Sequence record: DRR378314_1063
Length of the DNA stretch: 41,093 bases
Strand: one strand, 5' to 3'
Of the stretch, positions 20,626-30,235 are shown in pieces (positions within the stretch are counted from its first letter, which is position 1; each line of letters starts with the position of its first letter). The notes beneath the pieces are model-generated. The model ran no database searches, was not told the origin of the DNA, and saw only the letters and a list, made by a program, of their open reading frames with translations. The translations under genes and the position numbers were made by a program.

Positions 20626-22203
20626 GTGAGCGATACACCTTCTGATAACCTGATTCTGGCATTGCAGGATCCGGCGCAGTATGACCACCCGGTGAAAGAC
20701 TTTCAGGTTATCGAAACTCACATCTCATGGGTCATCCTGACCGGCGATTACGCCTATAAAATCAAGAAGCCGATGGACTTCGGCTTTCTCGACTTCTCGA
20801 CCCTGGAGCGGCGCAAACGGTTCTGCGAAGAAGAACTGCGGCTAAATCGGCGCCTTGCCAGCAATCTATACCTCGACGTGTTGCCGATCACCGGCTCCGC
20901 CGATGCCCCAACACTCGGCGGTGATGGTGAGGCGTTCGAATACGCCATTCGCATGCGCCAGTTCGACCAGAACGACCTGTTCGACGTGCGACAGGAAAAC
21001 AGCAACCTCAGGCCGGAGCTACTTACCAGTCTTGCCCGACAGGCAGCGGAGTTCCACGACAAGCAACCTCCGATTGAAGCCGGCAAGCCGCTGGGAACGC
21101 CGCAAGCGGTCCTCGCTGCGATGCAGGAGAACTTCGATCAGATCCGTCCGATGATTGATGATGACGCCCTACTGCTTCAACTCGACAATCTTGAGCAATG
21201 GACCCGCAGCACGTTCGAGCGCCAATCGGCGCTGATCTCCGAGCGCCACGAGGGCGGCTTTGTGCGGGAGTGCCATGGCGACCTGCACCTGGCAAACATC
21301 ACCGTTCACAACGGCGACGTCACGGTGTTCGATTGCATCGAATTCAGCGAACCCTTCCGCTGGATTGACGTCATTAACGACCTGGCATTCCTGTTGATGG
21401 ACCTGGAGTCACGCCGGGAGCCCGAGCTGGCGAACCTGGTGCTCAATACCTACCTGGAATACCGGGGTGACTTCGAGGCCCTGCCACTGCTGCCGCTCTA
21501 CAAGGCTTACCGGGCCATGGTCCGAGCCAAGATTGCTCTGTTTACCATGGGCAACCCATCGCTGACCGACGCCGAGCGTCAGGGGCTGATGCAACGCTAC
21601 CGCGATTACGCCCAATTGGCGGAAGACTACAGCGCCATACCCAACCCCTACCTACTGGCCACCACTGGGCTCTCCGCCAGCGGGAAATCCTGCGTCAGTG
21701 GCTCCCTGGCGGCGGAGTTGGGGCTAGTCCGGCTGCGTTCGGATGTTGAGCGCAAGCGACTCTTTGGCCTGGGCCCGTTGGACCAGAGTAAGTCTCCGAC
21801 CGGACAAAAACTGTATACCGAAGAGGCCAACCAGCGCACCTATGAGCGCCTGGCCTCTCTGGCCGGCGCGCTACTAACCAGCGGCCTGCCAGTCGTCATA
21901 GACTCTGCGTGCCTGAAACAGTCCGAGCGGGAGATGATGGCGGATGTGGCCGAGAGCCGGGGCATGCCGTTCTCACTGCTACACTGTGAAGCGCCTCTGG
22001 AAAGCCGCAAGGAATGGGTTCGCAACCGCTCAGGCGACGCCTCAGAGGCCACCGAAGACTTCCTGGACGAGCAGCAAGACTGGTTTGAACCCCTGACCAC
22101 CGAGGAAAAAACCCACACCATTCACTTGTATACTGACCAGGAACATGTCGCGGAGGCCGTCGCGGACCGAATACGCCAGCATTTCGGCCTGCCCGGAATG
22201 TAA
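20626..22203 (+). CDS. Bifunctional APH-like phosphotransferase / P-loop kinase of unknown function
   Basis: ETHISW, YKIKKP, ECHGDLHLANI, FDCIEF, then GLSASGKS and RSDVERK. GTG 20626 follows an AAGGAG SD. Confidence 0.88.
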   Translation: MSDTPSDNLILALQDPAQYDHPVKDFQVIETHISWVILTGDYAYKIKKPMDFGFLDFSTLERRKRFCEEELRLNRRLASNLYLDVLPITGSADAPTLGGDGEAFEYAIRMRQFDQNDLFDVRQENSNLRPELLTSLARQAAEFHDKQPPIEAGKPLGTPQAVLAAMQENFDQIRPMIDDDALLLQLDNLEQWTRSTFERQSALISERHEGGFVRECHGDLHLANITVHNGDVTVFDCIEFSEPFRWIDVINDLAFLLMDLESRREPELANLVLNTYLEYRGDFEALPLLPLYKAYRAMVRAKIALFTMGNPSLTDAERQGLMQRYRDYAQLAEDYSAIPNPYLLATTGLSASGKSCVSGSLAAELGLVRLRSDVERKRLFGLGPLDQSKSPTGQKLYTEEANQRTYERLASLAGALLTSGLPVVIDSACLKQSEREMMADVAESRGMPFSLLHCEAPLESRKEWVRNRSGDASEATEDFLDEQQDWFEPLTTEEKTHTIHLYTDQEHVAEAVADRIRQHFGLPGM

Positions 22204-22222
22204 AGCGTCTACACTGTTTAGT

Positions 22223-22244
22223 GCCCGGCCGTTGGCCGGGCTTC
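22223..22244 (+). terminator. GC hairpin, weak terminator or stabilizer
   Basis: GCCCGGCC-GTT-GGCCGGGC followed by a poor U-tract. Confidence 0.4.
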
Positions 22245-22270
22245 TGTGAATCGACTCCGGGAGCACCATC

Positions 22271-22627
22271 ATGGATACCGATGCCGTTCGCCACATCAAT
22301 GACCCGCTGTACGACAAGCTTCGCAGCGAAGACATTGACGCGTTCAATACCGCAAAGAACAAATTGACTGAGTTCCCAAGCCTGGCGCATGGAGACTTCC
22401 GCGGGCTGGACCTTCGCGGGATGAACGCAAAGGGGCTAAACCTCAGCCACGCCTATTTTCGCGGTGCGGACCTGCGCGGTATCGATTTCAGCCAGACCAA
22501 CCTGGAAGGTGCGAGCATCGCCGGCGCCAAAATCTCGGGCTGCTACTTTCCTTCACAACTGCACTCGGACGAAATCATCCTGTCGCTCAATCACGGCACC
22601 CGGATGCGCTACAACATCCTGAAATAA
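22271..22627 (+). CDS. Pentapeptide repeat protein
   Basis: GDFRG-LDLRG-MNAKG-LNLSH-AYFRG-ADLRG-IDFSQ-TNLEG repeats. Confidence 0.92.
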   Translation: MDTDAVRHINDPLYDKLRSEDIDAFNTAKNKLTEFPSLAHGDFRGLDLRGMNAKGLNLSHAYFRGADLRGIDFSQTNLEGASIAGAKISGCYFPSQLHSDEIILSLNHGTRMRYNILK

Positions 22628-22632
22628 CCGGA

Positions 22633-23361
22633 TCAAGCCTCCAGGATAACCGGCACGGCCTCCCCCAGTGAGATATCCCCGTCCGGCCCCTGCGGGCCGG
22701 ATAGCCCTGCCCTGTATGCCAGCAACTCCACGCCAGCCGCCTTCGCCTCACGCAGAAGAACCCCGTAGGCGCTGTCGATATGGTCAGCCGGCCGTACGCT
22801 GTCGATGCCCGTGTGGTTGACCACAAAAAACAGCACCGCACGCTCCCCCGCCCTGGACTGAGCCATCAGCTCCCTTAGGTGTTTCTGGCCACGAGTGGTT
22901 ACGGCATCGGGGAAAAAACCCTGTCTACCCTCGCACAAGGTTACGTTCTTTACCTCCACCCAGGCATCCGGGAGACTGACATGGCCGCTCAGGTGAAGGT
23001 CGATACGGCTCTTTTCCTCGCCGTAGCGTACTTCCGCCCTGCAGTTTTCGTAGCCCGCCAATTCCGGAACACCCCCGTTTTCAATAGCTTCGCGGGCCTG
23101 CGCGTTCGGTCGCGCCGTGTTGATGCAGGCCACCTCCCCCGGGGCGGTTTCAACCAGCTCCCAGGTGTATTTCAGCTTTCGCTTGGGATTGTCACTGGCA
23201 CTGAGCCAGACCCGGGCCTCGTCAGGCTGGCATCCCAGCATGGAGCCCGTGTTGGGGCAATGGGCAATAACTTCATTGCCATCCGGTAACCGGACATCGG
23301 CCAGGAACCGCTTGTAACGCCTTAACAGACGGCCTTCGATCAGTGGTGCGGGCAATTTCAT
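22633..23361 (-). CDS. sfsA: DNA/RNA nuclease SfsA
   Basis: [42 protein letters not shown]. Confidence 0.95.
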   Translation of the reverse strand: MKLPAPLIEGRLLRRYKRFLADVRLPDGNEVIAHCPNTGSMLGCQPDEARVWLSASDNPKRKLKYTWELVETAPGEVACINTARPNAQAREAIENGGVPELAGYENCRAEVRYGEEKSRIDLHLSGHVSLPDAWVEVKNVTLCEGRQGFFPDAVTTRGQKHLRELMAQSRAGERAVLFFVVNHTGIDSVRPADHIDSAYGVLLREAKAAGVELLAYRAGLSGPQGPDGDISLGEAVPVILEA

Positions 23362-23536
23362 TTCGGACTCCGTGCAAAAGTAGGCATCACAAGGCTGGCA
23401 CCCCTGTGACTAATCTGCTATTTTCCGCAAATTCCCGTTTCAGGACGAATGCTTTTTCCAGGGTACAACCGGCCGGTATTCGCTGGCCGCCGGAAATAAA
23501 GCGTTCTTGCGAAGTACAAACATGAGGCCGGGTTCA

Positions 23537-23977
23537 ATGGCAAATACTGCAGAACAACCACGCGAACGTTTTACCAACTTCACCCCTTATGAAATGAAGA
23601 AGGGTGAAGAGTACATGAGTGCGGAAATGCTGGAGCACTTCAAGAATCTGCTGCTGCAGTGGAAGCAGGAGCTGATGGAAGAAGTGGACCGCACGATGCA
23701 CCACATGCAGGAAGATGCAGCAAATTACGCGGATCCCAGTGACCGTGCAACCCAGGAAGAGGAGTTCAGCCTGGAATTGCGCACCCGCGACCGCGAGCGC
23801 AAACTGATCAAGAAAATTGACCAGACCATCGACCGCATCGACAAAGACGACTACGGGTTCTGCGACCAGTGTGGCGTTGAAATCGGTATCCGTCGCCTCG
23901 AGGCACGGCCAACCGCAACATTGTGCATTGACTGCAAGACCCTCGCTGAAATCCGCGAGCGCCAGACTGGCATTTGA
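23537..23977 (+). CDS. dksA: RNA polymerase-binding protein DksA
   Basis: DPSDRATQEEEF coiled-coil tip and C4 zinc finger. ATG 23537 preferred. Confidence 0.97.
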   Translation: MANTAEQPRERFTNFTPYEMKKGEEYMSAEMLEHFKNLLLQWKQELMEEVDRTMHHMQEDAANYADPSDRATQEEEFSLELRTRDRERKLIKKIDQTIDRIDKDDYGFCDQCGVEIGIRRLEARPTATLCIDCKTLAEIRERQTGI

Positions 23978-23993
23978 TCTCACGCCTCTGAGT

Positions 23994-24024
23994 ATGCCGG
24001 CTCCCGAACCCGGGGCCGGCATTC
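23994..24024 (+). terminator. Hairpin between dksA and gluQ
   Basis: ATGCCGGCTCC (23994-24004) pairs with GGGGCCGGCAT (24012-24022). Confidence 0.6.
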
Positions 24025-24031
24025 GCCAGCC

Positions 24032-24904
24032 ATGACCGATTCCCACTATCGCGGTCGATTTGCGCCGTCACCAACCGGACCACTGCATTTTGGCTCCCTG
24101 GTTACGGCCGTTGCCAGCTATCTGGAGGCTCGCAGCCGCAATGGTACCTGGATGGTGCGGATCGAAGATCTTGACCCCCTTCGGGAATCCCGCGAAGCCA
24201 CGCAACGGATACTGGGAAGCCTGGACGCTCACGGCCTGCATTCCGATGAACCGGTGCGTTTTCAGTCACAACGCCACGCCCATTACCGTGTCTTGATCGA
24301 CCGGTTGCTCGACCAGGGACTGGCCTATCGCTGCGCCTGTTCACGAAAGCAGCTGAGGGAACACCATGGCCGCCACCCGGAGCACTGCCGTGACGGCAAG
24401 TCGCCCCCCGGGGAGCGGCCGTTCGCTGTGCGCTTTGCGCTCGACGACGAGCACAGTGAGTGGCACGACCAGCTGCTGGGCCCGCAGGTGCAACAGGTAC
24501 ACGCGGAACTGGACGACCCGGTGATCCTGCGCAAGGAGGGTTTCTACGCTTATCAACTGGCGGTGGTTGCCGACGATATAGACCAGGGCATCAGTCACGT
24601 GGTCAGGGGCTCCGATTTACTGGACATGACCGCCCAGCAACAGCAGATCTATCGGGCAATGGGTGCCCGCCCGCCACACTGGATGCACATTCCCGTTATC
24701 CTGAATGCCGACGGCCAGAAGCTTAGCAAGCAGAACCATGCCCCGGCCCTGGACGATCACAGGGCAAAAGACAATCTGGAACAGGCCCTCGCCGCGCTGG
24801 GCCAGGACCCGCGTTTGTTGGCAGGGGCATCAGACATCGGTACCCTGCTTGCCCGAGCCGCAGCGAACTGGGCACCGGAGCGGATTCACCTGACAGCCCG
24901 GTGA
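24032..24904 (+). CDS. gluQ: Glutamyl-Q tRNA(Asp) synthetase
   Basis: GRFAPSPTGPLHFGS, RIEDLD, KLSKQ. No anticodon domain; follows dksA. Confidence 0.96.
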   Translation: MTDSHYRGRFAPSPTGPLHFGSLVTAVASYLEARSRNGTWMVRIEDLDPLRESREATQRILGSLDAHGLHSDEPVRFQSQRHAHYRVLIDRLLDQGLAYRCACSRKQLREHHGRHPEHCRDGKSPPGERPFAVRFALDDEHSEWHDQLLGPQVQQVHAELDDPVILRKEGFYAYQLAVVADDIDQGISHVVRGSDLLDMTAQQQQIYRAMGARPPHWMHIPVILNADGQKLSKQNHAPALDDHRAKDNLEQALAALGQDPRLLAGASDIGTLLARAAANWAPERIHLTAR

Positions 24905-24954
24905 GCGACGTGTTATAAACCCTTTCACAAGCGACAGTGCGGATATCATGCCTG

Positions 24955-25131
24955 ATGTATATCTACCGTCTGGTCTTCCTTCTGGTTCTGGCCATCTACA
25001 TTTTTTCCCCCAACATTCTTGACTGGTGGACGTCACCCGGGAATGCCTGGTACAGCCCCTATGTGATCTGGGCCGGCTTGATTGCCATCGGCTTCTGGCT
25101 GGAATGGCGACGAGATCCCAATGAGTTTTAG
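24955..25131 (+). CDS. cbrX: CbrX-like small membrane peptide (58 aa)
   Basis: MYIYRLVFLLVLAIYIFSPNILDWW...AWYSPY, two hydrophobic segments. Stop overlaps the cbrA start by 11 nt. Confidence 0.8.
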   Translation: MYIYRLVFLLVLAIYIFSPNILDWWTSPGNAWYSPYVIWAGLIAIGFWLEWRRDPNEF

Positions 25132-28081
25132 TGCACCCGGCCTGCTACTGGCCAGCCTGCTATACCTGATCCTGCTGTTCGGCATCGCCTGGATTACCGA
25201 CAAGGGCGTGCTGCCCCACAGCTGGATCCGGCACCCCCTGGTTTACACATTAAGCCTTGGCGTTTATGCAGGCATCTGGGCAGTTTATGCTGCCGTTGGC
25301 ATGGCTGCGGAATCCGGTTTTGGCTTCCTGGCCTACTATCTGGGCATAAGCGGAGCCTTCCTGCTCGCTCCAGTCTTGCTGAATCCGGTAATGCGGATTG
25401 GCCGCGCCTACCAGCTCACCTCCCTGGCCGACCTGTTTGCCTATCGGTATCGCAGCCAATGGGCCGGCACTCTGGTTACCATCTGCTCCGGGGCTGCCAT
25501 CCTGGCGTTGCTGAGCATGCAGATCCAGGCCGTATCCACGTCTGCCAGCCTGCTCGCCCCCGACACGTCTCCCCGACTCATCAGCGTGTTGTTCAGTATT
25601 ATTGTGGTGGCATTCGCCATGCTGTTCGGAACACGGCGCAGCCAGGGCTCCGAGAACCATCAGGGCCTGGTATTGGCGATTGCCTTCGACTCGCTGGTCA
25701 AACTGTTCTCCCTACTGATCCTGGGGGGCGTCATCCTCTTCAGTGTCTTTGGCGGCATGGCGGGACTGGAAACCTGGCTGGCGGATCAGAGTACGCCGGT
25801 GAGCACCATGACCATGAGCATCGACGACGGCAGTTGGCGGGCGTTAATGCTGATGTCTTTCGCCGGCGCCCTGGTGCTTCCTCACATGTACCATATGACC
25901 TTCAGCGAAAACCCGTCGCCCAAGGCTCTGGCGAAAGCCAGCTGGGGACTTCCCCTCTACCTGCTACTGCTTGGCCTGCCGGTTCCACTGATTCTCTGGG
26001 GGGGCCAGGCACTGGCGGCCACCACAGGGCCGGACTTTTACGCCATTGGAACCGCCCAGGCCCTTGGAAGCCCAGCGCTGACCCTGATGATGTACATCGC
26101 CGGCCTGTCCGCCGCCAGCGGCCTGATGATCGTCAGTACGCTGGCGCTGGCTGGCATGGTGCTGAACCACGCCGTTCTCCCCCTGCGTACGCCAAAAGAC
26201 CATGGTGACATCTACCATTGGCTGAAATGGGTCAAGCGCCTGCTCATCGCGGCCATCATCTTCGCCGCGCTGCTGTTCCACGAAACCCTGGGTAAGAACC
26301 TGGACCTGTCGATCCTCGGCGCCATTTCACTGTCCGGCATGCTGCAACTGCTGCCTGGTGCGCTTGGCGTTATCTATTGGCCCGAAGGCAATCGCCGTGG
26401 GCTGATTGCCGGCCTGGCCTCCGGGCTGGTCATCTGGGTGGTAACACTGGTGTTGCCGTTCTCACACACCGCCAACCTGCTGGACTTCATAGGCGCCCCC
26501 CTGGTGCCGGATTACAGCAACTGGCACATCTTCACCTTTGTCAGCCTGACGGTGAACGTCACCATCTTCACCCTGATCTCGGTACTCAGCTCCAGCTCCG
26601 CCGATGAAATCGGTGCGGCACAATCCTGCTCCCTTGGCGCGTTGTCACGACCTCAGCGCCGTGAACTGCTGGCCACGTCATCCGCCGATTTTATTCGCCA
26701 ACTGTCGGTGCCGCTGGGGCTTGGGGTCGCCAGACGGGAAGTGGAACGAGCCCTCACTCAGCTCAAACTGCCCAATGTGGAGTACCGCCCGTACCAACTC
26801 AGGCGCCTGCGAGACCGAGTGGAAGTCAACCTGTCCGGGTTGCTGGGCCCGGCCGTGGCCCGCGACCTGGTCAAACGTCACCTTGGCTACAAACCCATGG
26901 CCAGCGGCGGCACAGCCCAGGACATCCGTTACGTTGAGAGGGCGCTCGGAGACTACCAGAACCGCCTGACCGGGCTAGCCGGGGAACTGGACAATCTGCG
27001 CCGCCACTATCGCCAAACCCTTCAGAACCTACCGATTCCCGCGTGCTCTGTCGGCGAGGACGGTGAAATACTGATGTGGAACAACGCCATGGAGGCCCTC
27101 ACAGGCATCACCGCCGACGACGTAGTGGGCGCACGACTGATGGCCCTGCCAGAGCACTGGCACCTGCTGCTGGATGACTTCAACAGCGGGGAGGACCTGC
27201 ACCGGTACAAACACCGGCTGGACCTGAAAGGGCGCCCCCACTGGCTCAACCTGCACAAGGCAGCCTTGAGCGGCCCCGACCACACCGAGGGTGGCAGCAT
27301 CATCCTGGTGGAAGACCAGACCGAAACCCGCCTGCTGGAAGATGAACTGATGCATAGCGAGCGCCTGGCCTCGGTCGGCCGGCTGGCGGCGGGTGTCGCC
27401 CACGAGATCGGTAACCCCGTCACCGGGATATCCTCGCTGGCGCAGAACCTGAAACTGGAAACCGACGACCCGGACATTCTGTCGACAGCGGACCAGATCC
27501 AACAGCAGACCCGGCGCATCTCAACCATCCTCCAGTCGCTGATGAACTTTGCCCGGACGGGCAATCATGCCCACGCCAACCGCTATGAACCGGTGGACAT
27601 TCGCCGTTGCGTGGATGAATCCATCAACCTGCTGTCACTCAGTGACAAAGGAATGGGTATTCATTACCGTAACGACTGCCCGAATGAACTGATGATACTG
27701 GGCGATGAGCAACGGCTGGTGCAGGTCTTTATCAACCTGTTGGCCAACGCCCGGGATGCTTCACCCATTGGCGGAGAAGTGCGTATCAGTGGAAACCGCG
27801 ACGGCTACTCCGCTATTATCGAGGTCACCGATGACGGCTCCGGCATACCCAAGGATCAGCTGGACCATATCTTCGAGCCTTTTTACACCACCAAGGCCCC
27901 CAATAAGGGAACCGGTCTGGGCCTGTCACTGGTGTACAGCATCATTGAAGAGCACTACGGCAATATCCAGGTGGACAGTCCGGCGGATGCCGACTCCGGC
28001 CGGGGAACCTGTGTACGCATGAGGTTGCCGGCCTACGAGCCGGACACCGGAAACACCATCAGCCAGAACCAAGGGTCGTAA
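25121..28081 (+). CDS. cbrA: CbrA-type sensor kinase (SLC5 transporter domain, STAC, PAS, histidine kinase)
   Basis: About 13 TM SSS-like domain, PAS, AHEIGNP H-box, N/G1/F/G2 boxes. Context gluQ-cbrAB-pcnB. Confidence 0.92.
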   Translation: MSFSAPGLLLASLLYLILLFGIAWITDKGVLPHSWIRHPLVYTLSLGVYAGIWAVYAAVGMAAESGFGFLAYYLGISGAFLLAPVLLNPVMRIGRAYQLTSLADLFAYRYRSQWAGTLVTICSGAAILALLSMQIQAVSTSASLLAPDTSPRLISVLFSIIVVAFAMLFGTRRSQGSENHQGLVLAIAFDSLVKLFSLLILGGVILFSVFGGMAGLETWLADQSTPVSTMTMSIDDGSWRALMLMSFAGALVLPHMYHMTFSENPSPKALAKASWGLPLYLLLLGLPVPLILWGGQALAATTGPDFYAIGTAQALGSPALTLMMYIAGLSAASGLMIVSTLALAGMVLNHAVLPLRTPKDHGDIYHWLKWVKRLLIAAIIFAALLFHETLGKNLDLSILGAISLSGMLQLLPGALGVIYWPEGNRRGLIAGLASGLVIWVVTLVLPFSHTANLLDFIGAPLVPDYSNWHIFTFVSLTVNVTIFTLISVLSSSSADEIGAAQSCSLGALSRPQRRELLATSSADFIRQLSVPLGLGVARREVERALTQLKLPNVEYRPYQLRRLRDRVEVNLSGLLGPAVARDLVKRHLGYKPMASGGTAQDIRYVERALGDYQNRLTGLAGELDNLRRHYRQTLQNLPIPACSVGEDGEILMWNNAMEALTGITADDVVGARLMALPEHWHLLLDDFNSGEDLHRYKHRLDLKGRPHWLNLHKAALSGPDHTEGGSIILVEDQTETRLLEDELMHSERLASVGRLAAGVAHEIGNPVTGISSLAQNLKLETDDPDILSTADQIQQQTRRISTILQSLMNFARTGNHAHANRYEPVDIRRCVDESINLLSLSDKGMGIHYRNDCPNELMILGDEQRLVQVFINLLANARDASPIGGEVRISGNRDGYSAIIEVTDDGSGIPKDQLDHIFEPFYTTKAPNKGTGLGLSLVYSIIEEHYGNIQVDSPADADSGRGTCVRMRLPAYEPDTGNTISQNQGS

Positions 28082-28088
28082 ACGCGTT

Positions 28089-29495
28089 ATGCCTCGCATT
28101 CTGATTGTAGAAGACGAAGAGATCATCCGCTCAGCCGTTCGCAAGCTGCTCCAACATGCCGGCTACGATGTTGCCGACGCCGGTTCCGTCGAGGAAGCCG
28201 AAGACAACCACGACCCCAGCGAATTTGACCTGATCATCTCCGACCTGCGGCTGCCTGGTGCACCGGGAACAGAGTTGATAAGGCGCGCACCGGACACCCC
28301 GGTACTGATCATGACCAGCTACGCCAGTCTCCGCTCCGCGGTAGATTCCATGAAAATGGGCGCCGTAGAGTACATTGCCAAGCCGTTCGACCACGATGAA
28401 ATGCTGGAGGCCGTGGAGGGTATTCTCGCCAGGAAGCCCCAGGCTGCCGCCTCTCTTCAGACCTCGACGGAGCGCGACAGCACCAGCGCAACGGACAGCG
28501 ACCCGGCCAGCATCATGTTCGGCGATTGCGACGCCATGCAGAAGGTATTCACGCTGATACGCAAAGTGGCCCCGACGGAAACCACGGTGCTGATCCAGGG
28601 CGAATCCGGCACGGGCAAAGAACTGGCCGCCCGCGCACTCCATCTTATGAGCCCCCGGGCTGCCAGGCCGCTGATTTCTGTAAACTGCGCCGCGATTCCG
28701 GAAAGCCTGATCGAGTCAGAGCTGTTCGGGCACGAGAAAGGCTCATTCACGGGCGCGGTGTCGGCGCGCACAGGCCTGATTGAAGCCGCGGACGGCGGCA
28801 GCCTGTTCCTGGATGAAATCGGCGAACTGCCGGCGGAAGCCCAGGCACGGCTGCTGCGGGTACTGCAGGAGGGTGAGATCCGCAAGGTCGGCTCTACCCA
28901 GAGCCGCCAGGTGGATGTCCGCATGATCGCCGCCACCCACCGAAACCTGAAGGCCATGACACGAACCGGTGATTTCCGCGAAGACCTGTTTTACCGACTG
29001 AACGTGATGCAGGTTCGTATACCCCCGCTGCGGGAAAGACAGTCGGATATCCTCGGACTGGCCCAGCGATTCCTGCAGCGCCAGGGCGAGAAAATGAGCA
29101 AGCCCGGCCTGAACCTGACACCCGAGGCCATGCGCGCACTGGAACGACACCGCTGGCCCGGCAACGTCAGGGAACTGGAAAATGCCATTGAGCGCGCCAC
29201 CATTCTCTGTGACAACGATCTGATCACCCCGTCGTTGCTGGATCTGGACGGTGAAGGCGGCGACGTCAACATTCCTGAAAGCCTGGTGGACGGGAACAAC
29301 GAACAGGCCCCTGCCCGAGAAGCAGAGGCCACCAGCGACCTGTCCCTGGAAGACTACTTCCAGCACTTTGTACTGGAGAACCAGGATCGCATGAGCGAAA
29401 CCGAGCTTGCCCAAAAGCTGGGCATCAGCCGAAAGTCCCTGTGGGAACGCCGCCAGCGACTGGGTATCCCGCGCAAGAAAAGCTCTGGGAACTAA
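28089..29495 (+). CDS. cbrB: CbrB-type sigma54-dependent response regulator
   Basis: Receiver domain, [22 protein letters not shown], and a C-terminal [13 protein letters not shown]...[15 protein letters not shown] characteristic of CbrB. Confidence 0.93.
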   Translation: MPRILIVEDEEIIRSAVRKLLQHAGYDVADAGSVEEAEDNHDPSEFDLIISDLRLPGAPGTELIRRAPDTPVLIMTSYASLRSAVDSMKMGAVEYIAKPFDHDEMLEAVEGILARKPQAAASLQTSTERDSTSATDSDPASIMFGDCDAMQKVFTLIRKVAPTETTVLIQGESGTGKELAARALHLMSPRAARPLISVNCAAIPESLIESELFGHEKGSFTGAVSARTGLIEAADGGSLFLDEIGELPAEAQARLLRVLQEGEIRKVGSTQSRQVDVRMIAATHRNLKAMTRTGDFREDLFYRLNVMQVRIPPLRERQSDILGLAQRFLQRQGEKMSKPGLNLTPEAMRALERHRWPGNVRELENAIERATILCDNDLITPSLLDLDGEGGDVNIPESLVDGNNEQAPAREAEATSDLSLEDYFQHFVLENQDRMSETELAQKLGISRKSLWERRQRLGIPRKKSSGN

Positions 29496-29519
29496 GACAT
29501 TCCGGCAAACCTTGCGAGT

Positions 29520-29610
29520 TGTTACCGTGAAGGTGTGAACTCGCGCTCAGTTGTTACCCTGTGTTCCTGACGGTAACACCTGAGATCTAAAAAACGCGAC
29601 CTCAGTAACA
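29520..29610 (+). promoter_or_regulatory. CbrB upstream activator sites
   Basis: TGTTAC at 29520 and 29552; GTAACA at 29573 and 29605. Confidence 0.8.
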
Positions 29611-29684
29611 CTTAAGTCTTACGACTCACCTTTCCAGACAGTCACGAAATACTAACCTACTGTTAATAAACAATTTTCAAAAAC

Positions 29685-29700
29685 TGGCACACGGACTGCA
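29685..29700 (+). promoter_or_regulatory. Sigma54 (-24/-12) promoter
   Basis: TGGCACACGGACTGCA: GG (29686-29687), N10, GC (29698-29699). Confidence 0.88.
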
Positions 29701-29711
29701 CTCTATAGGGC

Positions 29712-30093
29712 GCACAACAACAAAAACAACAGTGACAACGCAGCGCCAACAACAAGAACAAAAAGCTGTAGAAGACGTTCGGTAACAAAAACAAAAACAG
29801 AACGTGAGCGAACTGAGTGTTTTGGGTACTTTGCTTTTTAGTGGTCCCACGGCACGTGCGAGTTGTAGATGTAGAGAAGAATCGTCTTCCAGGCGGCACT
29901 GCATTTACCCAATAACTTGCCCGATGTCTCTGACTGCTCTGTGTATTCAAAGCTTTCCGTTTGCACTCCTGAAGTCCCCGTGCTTGGGGATTGACAGTGG
30001 GGTACAAAAACGAAGAAAAATCCCGGTAAAAACAAAAACAATGCAGATCGTCAACGCTTTCAGGGCGGGTTCGTGTAAACGGATCCGCCTTTT
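29712..30093 (+). ncRNA. crcZ: CrcZ-like Hfq/Crc-sequestering sRNA, about 380 nt
   Basis: Between cbrB and pcnB. Starts GCACAACAACAAAAACAAC just after the sigma54 promoter, has five A-rich AAN clusters and ends in an intrinsic terminator. Confidence 0.85.
30064..30093 (+). terminator. Intrinsic terminator of the sRNA
   Basis: GGCGGGTTCG-TGTAAA-CGGATCCGCC-TTTT. Confidence 0.8.
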
Positions 30094-30235
30094 GATTATC
30101 TGGCCCAGCCGTTTCCCAGCGTGGCCGTTTTCGCCCTTCCCTCGGCTGTTTTCACCAGCTTATGGCGCCAAACGTGTGCAAATCCCGCCCAAACCGTTAA
30201 ACTCTCGCTTTTGCTCAGCGCAATAACGGAATTCA

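Noticed and set aside
29716-29802. AAC/AAAAAC repeats as a microsatellite or CRISPR array
   Set aside because: Irregular, with no repeat-spacer periodicity and no cas genes; consistent with Hfq-binding motifs.
29663-30226. Several short ORFs in the cbrB-pcnB gap
   Set aside because: Low-complexity translations of the A-rich sRNA. The promoter, motifs and terminator are better explained by an ncRNA.
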